Positions 45,166 to 53,392 of a DNA stretch of 64,000 nt are shown here, in pieces (position 1 is the first letter of the stretch; every line of letters begins with the position of its first letter). The position numbers and the translations under genes were made by a program. This DNA is from a virus. A model generated the notes under the pieces. It did not search any database, was not told where the DNA came from, and saw only the letters and a list, made by a program, of their open reading frames with translations. The stretch is taken from IMG/VR virus record IMGVR_UViG_3300018894_000001, positions 1 to 64,000 of that record; one strand, given 5' to 3'.

Positions 45166-46098
45166 TCAGGCTTCGTTCCGCATCGCGAGGAAGGGCAGCG
45201 AGTAGCCGGCGGCCCCACGCGAGTCGGACGCGTAGATGTATTCCTTCATGTGGACCACGTTCGGGTCCGTCGGATTGGTCAGAGAGACCATCATCGGAGC
45301 CTGGCGCAGCTGCCAGATGAAGGGGCGGATGGGCATGTCGTTGGCCACGAGGTACCAGACGGTGGGCTGATCGGAGAGTTCCGGCAGCACCAGCAGTTTG
45401 GCGGTGTCCTTGTAGATGTTGTTGTCCTCCGACACGCCGCCGCCAACCGCGCGAATCAAGCGGTCATTGGTGAGGATGCGCGTCCCCATGTCGCGCAACT
45501 GCGGAGGAACCACCAGCAGCGAGGGCGACACGGCCATGGGCTTGCCCGCGTCGTTCACCCTGGACTCGAACTGCGCGCGCGCTATGCCGTAGTTCTCCGG
45601 CGTGAGCGCGAAGCCCGTGTTGAGGTTGGAGTACGTGCCCTTCGACGGGTTGTCCAGGTCGATGGGATGGGAGCCGTGGAAGAAGGACTGACCGTCGAAG
45701 CAGATGCCGGCGGCGGTGTTGCCGGCCTTGATGGCTGACGCAAGAACCTCGTCCGGCCACTTCGCGGCCGCGCGGCCCATCATCTCGAAGTTGGCGTTGT
45801 AGATACCGAGCTGCTCGTCCTGCACCGCATTGCGCGGCACCTTCACCGTCAACTCGAAGTCCTCGTTGGCGATGACCTGGCCACGGCTGACCAGCTCATG
45901 CGCCTGACGCTCGCCAATCCACTTCCTGAAGCCGGGGATCTCCTTCAGCCAGGCGTACGTCTCGCTGCTGGTGGACGACGTCACGAGGGTGGACAGTTCA
46001 TTCCACCACGGCTTGGCACGGCTGAAGCCCTGCTGGAAGCGCAGGTTGAATGCGGTGTACGTCGCGTCGAGGGTGGTGGGATTAATCGTAAGAGCCAT
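45166..46098 (-). CDS. Mu-like major head subunit gpT
   Basis: ...TSSETYAWLKEIPGFRKWIGERQ... and overall length are typical of the Mu gpT family. Confidence 0.85.
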   Translation of the reverse strand: MALTINPTTLDATYTAFNLRFQQGFSRAKPWWNELSTLVTSSTSSETYAWLKEIPGFRKWIGERQAHELVSRGQVIANEDFELTVKVPRNAVQDEQLGIYNANFEMMGRAAAKWPDEVLASAIKAGNTAAGICFDGQSFFHGSHPIDLDNPSKGTYSNLNTGFALTPENYGIARAQFESRVNDAGKPMAVSPSLLVVPPQLRDMGTRILTNDRLIRAVGGGVSEDNNIYKDTAKLLVLPELSDQPTVWYLVANDMPIRPFIWQLRQAPMMVSLTNPTDPNVVHMKEYIYASDSRGAAGYSLPFLAMRNEA

Positions 46099-46146
46099 GG
46101 CTTGCGGGAGTCCTTGGAGGTGAGGGAAGAAGCGGGCGAGCCCGGC

Positions 46147-46572
46147 TCAGTAGATTTCGACAAGGGGGAGTCCGGCGTCGTTGAAGCCGACGAACTTCCC
46201 GGCGATGGAGCGGCCGGTGGAGGTGATGGTGAGGGTGTTGTCGTCCAGGAAGTAGACGCTGGAGAGCAGCGCGGCCTGGGTAATGGCGTCGCCCGCCGTG
46301 GCGTTGTTCGCGGGGAAGATGCCGCGCGCGACGCGGCAGCGCTTCGCGCCGTTGGCCCCGCCGGTGTTGTCCACGCGCTCCTCGGCGCGTCCCGCAGCGC
46401 GAAGGCCGGTGGCGCTGGACGCGGGCACCAGGTATCCGGTGGAGTCCACCGCCACCAGGGCGCCCTTGAAGATGATGGCGTTGGCCTTGACGGGCAGGTC
46501 CAGGAAGTGGAGGAGCGGGCCATGCCCCACGACGGGGCTGGTGACGGGGGTGTCCTTGGTGAGCGCGGCCAT
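46147..46572 (-). CDS. Head-associated hypothetical protein (possibly decoration-like)
   Basis: 141 aa between the scaffold/protease gene and the capsid gene. Confidence 0.45.
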   Translation of the reverse strand: MAALTKDTPVTSPVVGHGPLLHFLDLPVKANAIIFKGALVAVDSTGYLVPASSATGLRAAGRAEERVDNTGGANGAKRCRVARGIFPANNATAGDAITQAALLSSVYFLDDNTLTITSTGRSIAGKFVGFNDAGLPLVEIY

Positions 46573-46615
46573 TGAGTCGAGTCCTTGGGGAGGGGTGAGA
46601 GAGAGCGGCCCGCGA

Positions 46616-47668
46616 CTACGCGGCCTTCGTGCGCGCGGCCTTCGCCTTCGCGAAGTCTTCGGGGGAGATGCCGGAGGCCTTGGCAACGGCCAGCTCCTCG
46701 GCGCAAAGCGCGGAGGTGTCCACGACGCCCTCCTTCACCTTGGCACCCTCGATGACGACGACGGGTGCCTTGACGTTCAGGTAGGCCTTGAGCCCGGACA
46801 TGTTGGTCTTGCCATACGCCTCCAGCTCCGCGCGCTCGCCGGGCGGCACCTTGCCGGCCTTCTGCGCCTCGTCCAGCAGCGCCTTCAGCTCGGACTCGGC
46901 GCTGGCCTTCTCGAGCGCGCTCAGTTGCGCCTGGACGGCGGGCAGCGCCGCGTTGGCCTCCTGCCAGGCCTTCATGGTGCCGAGCGCGGCGGAGAGATCG
47001 GCGGCGCCGGTGAGGCTCAGCACCGCGTCCACGTTGGCCTTCAGCGCCGTCGCGGCGGTGAGTTGCGCGTCGCGGGCGGCAACAGCATTCAGCGCCTCCT
47101 GCTCGGTGGCGGTGACGGGGAGGGAGAGGGCGGCGAGCAGCTTCAGCATGTTCGGGGGCTCCGTGGAGGTTTCGCCGAGGCGCGAGGCCGTCAGCGGCTT
47201 GAGGTTCTTGGTGGCTGGCGTGTTGGTGAGCGCCACGTTGTGGAGTTCGTGAATCCGGCGCGTCTCGCCGTCGTAGGAAAACCAGGGCGACGTGTAACGC
47301 CACTCGCCAGCGGCAATGGCGGCGTGCGCGGCCGGCGTCCAACGGACGTTGACGGCCCAGAGCCCGCCCGACTCACCCGCGCCGCGATCCTCGAGGGAGA
47401 ACCAGCCCGCGGCCTTGCCGGACAGGGCTGGGTCCACCGGCCAGCCGTCAGCCATGCCGTGGTTGTAGTCGAGGCACAGTTCGTTGCCGTAGTCGGCGGC
47501 GCACTTGACGATGGACGCAACCGCGTCCGCGTCGCACAGGAACAGTCCCTTCGTCGTCTCGAAGGCGCCGGCCTTGAATACCTGGAACTCGGTGGGCGGC
47601 TTCTTCGAGCCGGCTTCACCGTCAGCCAGGGCAATTCGGGCGCTGAGGAAGTCCTTCTGGAGGGCCAT
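46616..47668 (-). CDS. Mu gpI-like head protease / scaffold
   Basis: FQVFKAGAFETTKG...LCLDYNHG N-terminal pattern and an Ala-rich, scaffold-like C-terminal half. Confidence 0.8.
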   Translation of the reverse strand: MALQKDFLSARIALADGEAGSKKPPTEFQVFKAGAFETTKGLFLCDADAVASIVKCAADYGNELCLDYNHGMADGWPVDPALSGKAAGWFSLEDRGAGESGGLWAVNVRWTPAAHAAIAAGEWRYTSPWFSYDGETRRIHELHNVALTNTPATKNLKPLTASRLGETSTEPPNMLKLLAALSLPVTATEQEALNAVAARDAQLTAATALKANVDAVLSLTGAADLSAALGTMKAWQEANAALPAVQAQLSALEKASAESELKALLDEAQKAGKVPPGERAELEAYGKTNMSGLKAYLNVKAPVVVIEGAKVKEGVVDTSALCAEELAVAKASGISPEDFAKAKAARTKAA

Positions 47669-47831
47669 CGCAACGAAAGTCGCCGGGGTTTGTGGCCACG
47701 CGCAAGCGCCTGCCTACCCCGTGCGTGCCGCAGCGCATCCGGCCCGCCTGGACGGAGGGCGTTTCCTTGCGCCGCCGCATGTGGGTGCTATGGCTCTTTG
47801 GCCGGCATCCGCTGGCAGGAGGACGCACGCG

Positions 47832-48044
47832 ATGGGCATCAAGAAAATCGAGCTTCAGATGGTGATTCACCCCGAAGAGGGCGAGCGGAAGGAGTTGAGC
47901 GTGGACTTCAACGGGCGCCTGCTGGAGGCATGGCGCGGAACGGCGGACATCTCCGCCCTGGAGGCGGACCTCGCCGAGGTCATGCACCGCGCGATGGCGG
48001 ACGTCATGGCCGTGATTTCCAAGAACACCCGGGGCCCAGTCTGA
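47832..48044 (+). CDS. Small hypothetical protein, opposite in orientation to the head operon
   Basis: AGGAGG lies 8 nt upstream of the ATG, and a strong intrinsic terminator follows. Confidence 0.45.
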   Translation: MGIKKIELQMVIHPEEGERKELSVDFNGRLLEAWRGTADISALEADLAEVMHRAMADVMAVISKNTRGPV

Positions 48045-48049
48045 CCGTC

Positions 48050-48082
48050 AGCCCGGCGGGTTGCTCACCGCCGGGCTTTTTC
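48050..48082 (+). terminator. Rho-independent terminator
   Basis: AGCCCGGCGG-gttgctca-CCGCCGGGCT followed by TTTTCG. Confidence 0.65.
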
Positions 48083-48086
48083 GTGC

Positions 48087-48287
48087 TCACGCACTCGCGG
48101 CGCGCAGGCGCTCCAGCGTCGGCCGTAGCCGCTCCGGCATCGGCTGAAGCAGTGGCGCCCACTGCCGTGCCGCCTCGCTGTCCGGGGCCGCCAGGGCGAG
48201 CCCGTCGCCGATGCCCTTCCCAGGGCCCAGCTCGGCGCGCACGGGGTGCAGTACCTCTCCCGTCTCCAGCACCAGGTAGGCTCTCAC
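48087..48287 (-). CDS. Small hypothetical protein
   Basis: GTGA overlap with the MuF gene stop. Confidence 0.4.
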   Translation of the reverse strand: MRAYLVLETGEVLHPVRAELGPGKGIGDGLALAAPDSEAARQWAPLLQPMPERLRPTLERLRAASA

Positions 48288-49690
48288 TGTCCACCCCACT
48301 TCTGGGCGCCGTACTCGCGCGCCATGTAGTCGGCCACCGACTCGCCGAACTCCTGCGCCACCAACTGCCGCCCGTAGTCGCCGCCGCCCACGGACCACAG
48401 CACCGCGAAGGCCTCGGCGAACGACTCCGAGCGTCCCGTCACCGCGTCGTTGTAGTGGGGCACACGCGTCACCGGAGCCCCGGATGCCATGAAGTCGTCC
48501 CACGCCTTGCGCCACGCGGGCGAGTCGCTCTCCTTCTTGCCGCTGGCGTCGTCCAGGGCGTGCCCCACCTCGTGGATGACGGTGATTCCGCTGTCGCCAA
48601 CGCTCCCGGACACCAGCACCTCGCGCAGTCCGCCCTGGGTGAAGAAAACGCCGCCGATCGCATCCCAACTCATGCCGTCAGCCTGCGGCGGCGCGGCGGC
48701 GATGGCCTCCCCCACCTTCCCGCTACGGCCCAGCAGCCGCAACGGCAGCGGGCTCAGGTGGATGTCCGTCACGGCCTTCTCAATCCTCTCAAGCAGCGCC
48801 GGGGGCAGCCGCGAGAGGTTCGCCACCGCCTCGCGGATGTCCGCCGACTCCTTGGCCCCGTCCACGCGCAGCTTGTCGCCGAGGATGGCTGCGAGCTGCG
48901 GGAGTTCGGCTTCCACCAGGGCGGCGTCCTCCCCGCGCACCGGTCCGCGAGGCAGGCGCTCGTCTACCGCCAGCGGGGGCGGGCCGGCAGCCTCCTTGGC
49001 GCGGTAGGCCGCCTGGAGGGGCGCCGGGGCGTCGGACACGTCCGGCGTCCACGCGTCCCCTGCTGAGCCTGGAGCGGCGCCGAAGCCCGGCGCGGGGGCC
49101 ACGGGCGGCGGCACCGCCGTCACCCCGCGGGCCTTCGCCTGCCTCTCGGTGAGCGCGGACTGCACCCGCCGGCATCGGTGGTGGAGGGGGCTCCAATGCG
49201 TCTGCCACCAGGGATGGGCAGCGGGGAGAACCACGGCTCCAATGCGCCGGCAGATGTCGCTGTTGCGCTCGTCCCGCTGCACCTGAGACAGCACGTAGGG
49301 CCGCACCCGGCGCGTCAGCGGGTCCTGCAGCTGCGTCCACGTCCCGCGGGAGTACGCGGTGGCCAGGTTCGTCCGGTAGATGGTTTCGAGCCGGTGGCCC
49401 GGGTTCGTCACTGTGCCCGCCCATGCCGCCTTCACCTGGGCGCCGACGCGCTTCTTGAAGTCGGCGAAAGTCTCACCGTCCGCCACGGACTTCTCGAGCG
49501 CCTTCCAGACGTCCTGCACGAGTCCGAGCTGCGCGAGTCCGGCCACGCCGAACGCCCGCGAGCGCGCGGCGGCGCCCATGCTCGCCCAGGTGGCGCCGTC
49601 CACGGCAAGGCGCGCGCGGAAGGCGTCCACCGCCTCTTGAAATGCGGGGCCGGAGGGGTTGGCGGTGCCGTTGAGAGGGCTGGAGGCCAT
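48284..49690 (-). CDS. MuF-like minor head protein with a C-terminal HExxH metallopeptidase-like domain
   Basis: MuF pattern RLETIYRTNLATAYSRG...DERNSDIC...PLHHRCRR in the N-terminal half, and ITVIHEVGHALDD in the C-terminal third. Confidence 0.75.
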   Translation of the reverse strand: MASSPLNGTANPSGPAFQEAVDAFRARLAVDGATWASMGAAARSRAFGVAGLAQLGLVQDVWKALEKSVADGETFADFKKRVGAQVKAAWAGTVTNPGHRLETIYRTNLATAYSRGTWTQLQDPLTRRVRPYVLSQVQRDERNSDICRRIGAVVLPAAHPWWQTHWSPLHHRCRRVQSALTERQAKARGVTAVPPPVAPAPGFGAAPGSAGDAWTPDVSDAPAPLQAAYRAKEAAGPPPLAVDERLPRGPVRGEDAALVEAELPQLAAILGDKLRVDGAKESADIREAVANLSRLPPALLERIEKAVTDIHLSPLPLRLLGRSGKVGEAIAAAPPQADGMSWDAIGGVFFTQGGLREVLVSGSVGDSGITVIHEVGHALDDASGKKESDSPAWRKAWDDFMASGAPVTRVPHYNDAVTGRSESFAEAFAVLWSVGGGDYGRQLVAQEFGESVADYMAREYGAQKWGGQ

Positions 49691-49697
49691 GCGGCGT

Positions 49698-49910
49698 CTA
49701 CTGCTCCAGTTGAGAGACGAGGCGGGCCCAGTTGATTCCCAGGAAGGCGTCGGCCACGGCCTTCAGGTGCAACCGGAGACACTCCGGGCTGTGACCCGCG
49801 GCCTTCGCGCGCGCCCACGCATCCATGGCGTCGCGCGTGGTCTCCTGGGGCAAGGGGACGGCGAGGACAGGGGCGCCGCAGGTGGCGCAGGCCTCCGGAG
49901 CGCCCATCAT
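49698..49910 (-). CDS. Small Cys-containing hypothetical protein
   Basis: ATGA overlap with the portal gene stop. Confidence 0.45.
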   Translation of the reverse strand: MMGAPEACATCGAPVLAVPLPQETTRDAMDAWARAKAAGHSPECLRLHLKAVADAFLGINWARLVSQLEQ

Positions 49911-51514
49911 GACACCTGCTCCTTGATGGACGTCTGGCCCGCGAGTTCCGCGAGCAGCCACGCCCGGCGCGTCAGGCCCATGAGCGCGTCGGGCTGCATG
50001 CCGGCGTAGAGCGCCGTGAGCCGCTCGCGCAGGGCCTCCGGGGACTCCGCCGCGTCGATGGCGCCCAGCACCGTCTCCAAGTCGCCCGCGAGCGCCTCGG
50101 CGGCCTGGGCCACCGTGTTCCGCTCAAGCTGGTCCAGGTAGTCCTGGCCGCGCTGAGTCGGGGTCGACAACGTCGCGCCCGCCCGGGAGAGCTTCGCTGG
50201 GACGTCGACCTGCCCCTGCTGCTCGTCCTGGTCGACGTCTGGTGCGGGCTTGGGCTCCGGCGGGGGCTTCGCAGGGCCCCGGGTGGCCACTCCGAAGCGC
50301 TCCGCCTCGGCGTCCACGTCCACGTCCATGCCCGTCGCCTGCAGCGCCTGAATCCCCTCGCCGAGAGCCTTGTACGTGGTGGCGCGCGCCGCCTTGTCCT
50401 CCGGCGGTGAGGCGTCCCACTCGGGCCAGGGCGCCAGCTCGGAGTTGCCGAAGTTGAAGTGCGCCCAGGGCTTCAGCAGTTGCTCCCGGAGGCAGGCCGT
50501 CAGCGTGGTGGCGTCGCTCGCCAGTTTCCGCTGCGCCACACGCTCGTGTACGGACGCCGCGGCGCGGCTGCCCTCCTTGACTTCGGTGGTCAGGTTCTGG
50601 CCCAGCACCCGGATGGCGATGGCGCTGTCGCAGCGGGCAATGAGCTTGTCAAAGCCCTCCTCGGAGCGCCCCAAGGCCTCGACCAGTTCCATGTCGAAGA
50701 CCTCCTCCTGCTGCCCGTTCTTCATCCGCGGCATGACGATGGTGCTCTCAGCGCCGAGCCCAGCCACTTCGTCCCGGAATCGCCGCAGGGCCTTCTCGTC
50801 CACCTTCGCCGGCACGATGGCCTTGCGAATCGGCATGCCGTGCACTTCGCTGTACCGGCTCCAGTCGCGCAGGCAGAACTGGCGCACAAGGAAGGGGATG
50901 GCCAGGCTTCGCACCAGCCCCCGCATCCACGGGCGCTCCGTGCCGTGGGGGGCGTACAGCACCCACTCCGGGCTCCCTGCCTCCACCACGCGCTCGCCGT
51001 CCTCGGCCACGATGCGGAAGGTGCGGGTGCCCCAGTCGTAGCGCAGGAAGCGCGGGTGCCAGACCTTCAGCCGCGGCACCCAGGTAGGCCCCGAGGTGTC
51101 CCACACCTTCTGCGCCACCCCTACGCCAAGCCAGAGCGCCCAGGTGCGGAGCTCGGCGAGCGCTGCCTCGTCCAGCATGACGGGCGCGCTGGTGAGCGCC
51201 TGAGCGGCAGCCTCGTCCGCGCGGGAGCCCAGTCCCTCCGCTGGCTGCACTTCGAATGGCAGGCCCCCGAGCGCTTCCAGCCGTTGCTGCACGGTGGCTT
51301 CAATCCGGTCGTCCCGGCCCATCGCGTCCACCAAGGACGCCGCCTCGGTGAAGATGCCCGACTCCAGGCCCGCCAGCGCGCGCTTCACCTTCGCCACGCG
51401 GTCGAAGTCCGAGGTGCCGAAGAGCGGGAGTTCCTTCGCAGGCACCGCCGGAGGGCGCTCGTAGTCCCGCGCGGGTGCCTGGGGAGCCGGGGCGGCCGTC
51501 GTCTTCTTCGCCAT
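49907..51514 (-). CDS. Portal protein (Mu gp29 / DUF935-like)
   Basis: 535 aa. In gene order it lies between the large terminase gene and the MuF gene. Confidence 0.75.
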   Translation of the reverse strand: MAKKTTAAPAPQAPARDYERPPAVPAKELPLFGTSDFDRVAKVKRALAGLESGIFTEAASLVDAMGRDDRIEATVQQRLEALGGLPFEVQPAEGLGSRADEAAAQALTSAPVMLDEAALAELRTWALWLGVGVAQKVWDTSGPTWVPRLKVWHPRFLRYDWGTRTFRIVAEDGERVVEAGSPEWVLYAPHGTERPWMRGLVRSLAIPFLVRQFCLRDWSRYSEVHGMPIRKAIVPAKVDEKALRRFRDEVAGLGAESTIVMPRMKNGQQEEVFDMELVEALGRSEEGFDKLIARCDSAIAIRVLGQNLTTEVKEGSRAAASVHERVAQRKLASDATTLTACLREQLLKPWAHFNFGNSELAPWPEWDASPPEDKAARATTYKALGEGIQALQATGMDVDVDAEAERFGVATRGPAKPPPEPKPAPDVDQDEQQGQVDVPAKLSRAGATLSTPTQRGQDYLDQLERNTVAQAAEALAGDLETVLGAIDAAESPEALRERLTALYAGMQPDALMGLTRRAWLLAELAGQTSIKEQVS

Positions 51515-51632
51515 GCCCCATGGCTTCGCCTATGTCTGTGGCCACGGTCCAGTCACCTACATGGCGGGAACTTGCCGGGGCCCCGGGCACTGGTACCGTC
51601 CTGGTGCCGGTTGGTCCCGGTATGGAGGAGCA

Positions 51633-51968
51633 ATGTTGATGGCGTCCCCTCTGATTCCGCGCATCCTCGCTATCTTGGCGCATCATGGCTTCTCGTGGCC
51701 GGGAGGTGCCGCTCCATCCGATCTGGAGGTGCGCACCATTCGCTCATCACGGGCGCAACGCACGTCTGGTGCGTGGTCTTGGTCTCTCTGGTCGGACTCT
51801 TGCGCCAAGGCCGCAGACATAGGCAGCCAGGAAACTGCATCCCGAATCGCTCAACTAGGTCCACTTCGTACCACCATCGACACCAACCGCTACGGCCAGA
51901 TCTCAATTGACCCAAGTCGGGATGTGGGTCGCAAACTGGGCACCCCTGCGGAGTCCTCCTCTTCGTAG
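51633..51968 (+). CDS. Hypothetical protein (cassette gene A), low confidence
   Basis: GGAGGAG upstream of the ATG, moderate GC3, and a terminator-like hairpin downstream. Could alternatively be non-coding. Confidence 0.35.
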   Translation: MLMASPLIPRILAILAHHGFSWPGGAAPSDLEVRTIRSSRAQRTSGAWSWSLWSDSCAKAADIGSQETASRIAQLGPLRTTIDTNRYGQISIDPSRDVGRKLGTPAESSSS

Positions 51969-51996
51969 GCGGGACCACACCGAGCGCGGGTAGGCG

Positions 51997-52034
51997 AGGG
52001 CTCCGGGGAAACCTGGGGCCCTTCGTCTTTCTTG
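51997..52034 (+). terminator. Terminator-like hairpin plus T-rich tail (inside direct repeat DR1)
   Basis: AGGGCTCC-10 nt-GGGGCCCT followed by TCGTCTTTCTTG. Confidence 0.45.
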
Positions 52035-52098
52035 CGGTGTCGCGCCGCGTGCCGCATGGTGCGGGTGCCGGTTTGCCCCGGCAGAAAGCGAGCACGCA

Positions 52099-52785
52099 AT
52101 GAGCAGCATCACCTTCAGCAATGGCGAGGATTCGGCAGAGCTTCGCGGTAGTGAGCGCGCATGGATGGGGTACGTGTGCGATGCGCTCGCCGCGGCGTCT
52201 CTGGGGCCAGTGTTTGACGATCCGGATCGTCCGCACTGGACGCGCCGACTGTTCCCGCCGGGTCACTACGTCGCACAGAAGGCGGGGCGCGAATACGAGG
52301 AGAGCATCCTGACGTGGCTTCGGGTTGGCGGCCGTGGGATGTGCAATCCGGAGACCGGGGCGCCCGTGGATGCCTTCGGCGTCATCCTCAACACGGCGAT
52401 GACCCTGGGTGGAGACGCCGTGCGCCTGATGGCCCGCATTCACGCGCAGTGCGAAATCCACGGGTTCATCCCGCCAGAGTCGGCCGACTTCGTTGTGGGC
52501 ATCATCGAACAGGGCCGGAAGACGCGGTTGTGCCGCGACGGCATGGGGTGGGAGGCCGTGACAGCGCTGCTGAAGGCGTCGGCTGTCGCCAAGCTACCGG
52601 TCGTCATGTCCTACAGCGTTACCGACACCTTCCCTGGCTGGGACGCGCAGAAGGACGAGCCGAAGACGTGGGATGTCGCCTTCGCGGAGCTGGACGGCCT
52701 GCTGGCCATCCGCGAGGAGACGTGGAAGGACTACCACTTCGGCGATGGGAGCACGCTCCTTTCGCTGGAGCCGCGCACACCGTAG
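52099..52785 (+). CDS. Hypothetical protein (cassette gene B)
   Basis: 228 aa with protein-like composition. Opposite in orientation to the flanking packaging genes. Confidence 0.55.
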   Translation: MSSITFSNGEDSAELRGSERAWMGYVCDALAAASLGPVFDDPDRPHWTRRLFPPGHYVAQKAGREYEESILTWLRVGGRGMCNPETGAPVDAFGVILNTAMTLGGDAVRLMARIHAQCEIHGFIPPESADFVVGIIEQGRKTRLCRDGMGWEAVTALLKASAVAKLPVVMSYSVTDTFPGWDAQKDEPKTWDVAFAELDGLLAIREETWKDYHFGDGSTLLSLEPRTP

Positions 52786-52814
52786 CGTACGCCGTCACCG
52801 AAAGTGAGCACGAC

Positions 52815-53282
52815 ATGGGTCAAAGCACGGACGCGATTCTTTTTTGGGGCTACTGCTGGGACGAGGAGCGAGCCTGGCCGTGGGACGATCCGGGTGCAGA
52901 TGAAGAGGAGACCGCTAGCGAGCGATACGCGCGCCTGACTGGCCTCAAGCAGCCTGACAACGGGTATCCTATGGAGATCGACAAGAGCCCTGAAGCCGAT
53001 GCCATCCGAGCAAGGCATGCTGAGTACTGGCAGGCGGAGAACGAGGCATGGAATGCCGTGCGGATGGAGGTGGGCACGCACTGCCATGGCGAGTGCCCCA
53101 TGCCCTACGTCGCAGTCGGCGAGAGTCACACGCTCGCCAGTCGCGGCACGCCGGAGCCCATCTCTTCTCTTGCGGTTGGCGAGGACTGGCGAGCGCGCCT
53201 GGACAGCTTCTGCAGTCTCATGGGGATTGAGCCGCCAGGAGGCCAGCAGCCACAGTGGTGGCTCGTGAGCGACTGGCACTAG
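52815..53282 (+). CDS. Hypothetical acidic Trp-rich protein (cassette gene C)
   Basis: 155 aa. Its leader GAAAGTGAGCACGACATG resembles the gene B leader GAAAGCGAGCACGCAATG. Confidence 0.55.
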   Translation: MGQSTDAILFWGYCWDEERAWPWDDPGADEEETASERYARLTGLKQPDNGYPMEIDKSPEADAIRARHAEYWQAENEAWNAVRMEVGTHCHGECPMPYVAVGESHTLASRGTPEPISSLAVGEDWRARLDSFCSLMGIEPPGGQQPQWWLVSDWH

Positions 53283-53349
53283 CGCACACCGTAGCGGTGG
53301 CTCTGCCGCAACGGCGGGCAACCCTGGCCCGGGGGCGCGAAGGGCGGCG

Positions 53350-53390
53350 AGGGCTCAGTGCCGAGAGGTGCCGGGCCCTTCGTCTTTCCT
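53350..53390 (+). terminator. Weaker terminator-like element (inside direct repeat DR2)
   Basis: AGGGCTC...GGGCCCT followed by TCGTCTTTCC. Confidence 0.3.
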
Positions 53391-53392
53391 GG

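Noticed and set aside
46283-49066. 927-aa plus-strand ORF, the longest in the track
   Set aside because: It lies antisense to the recognisable gpI protease/scaffold and MuF genes. The translation is dominated by Arg/Gly/Pro/Ala runs with no motifs, which is a typical high-GC shadow ORF.
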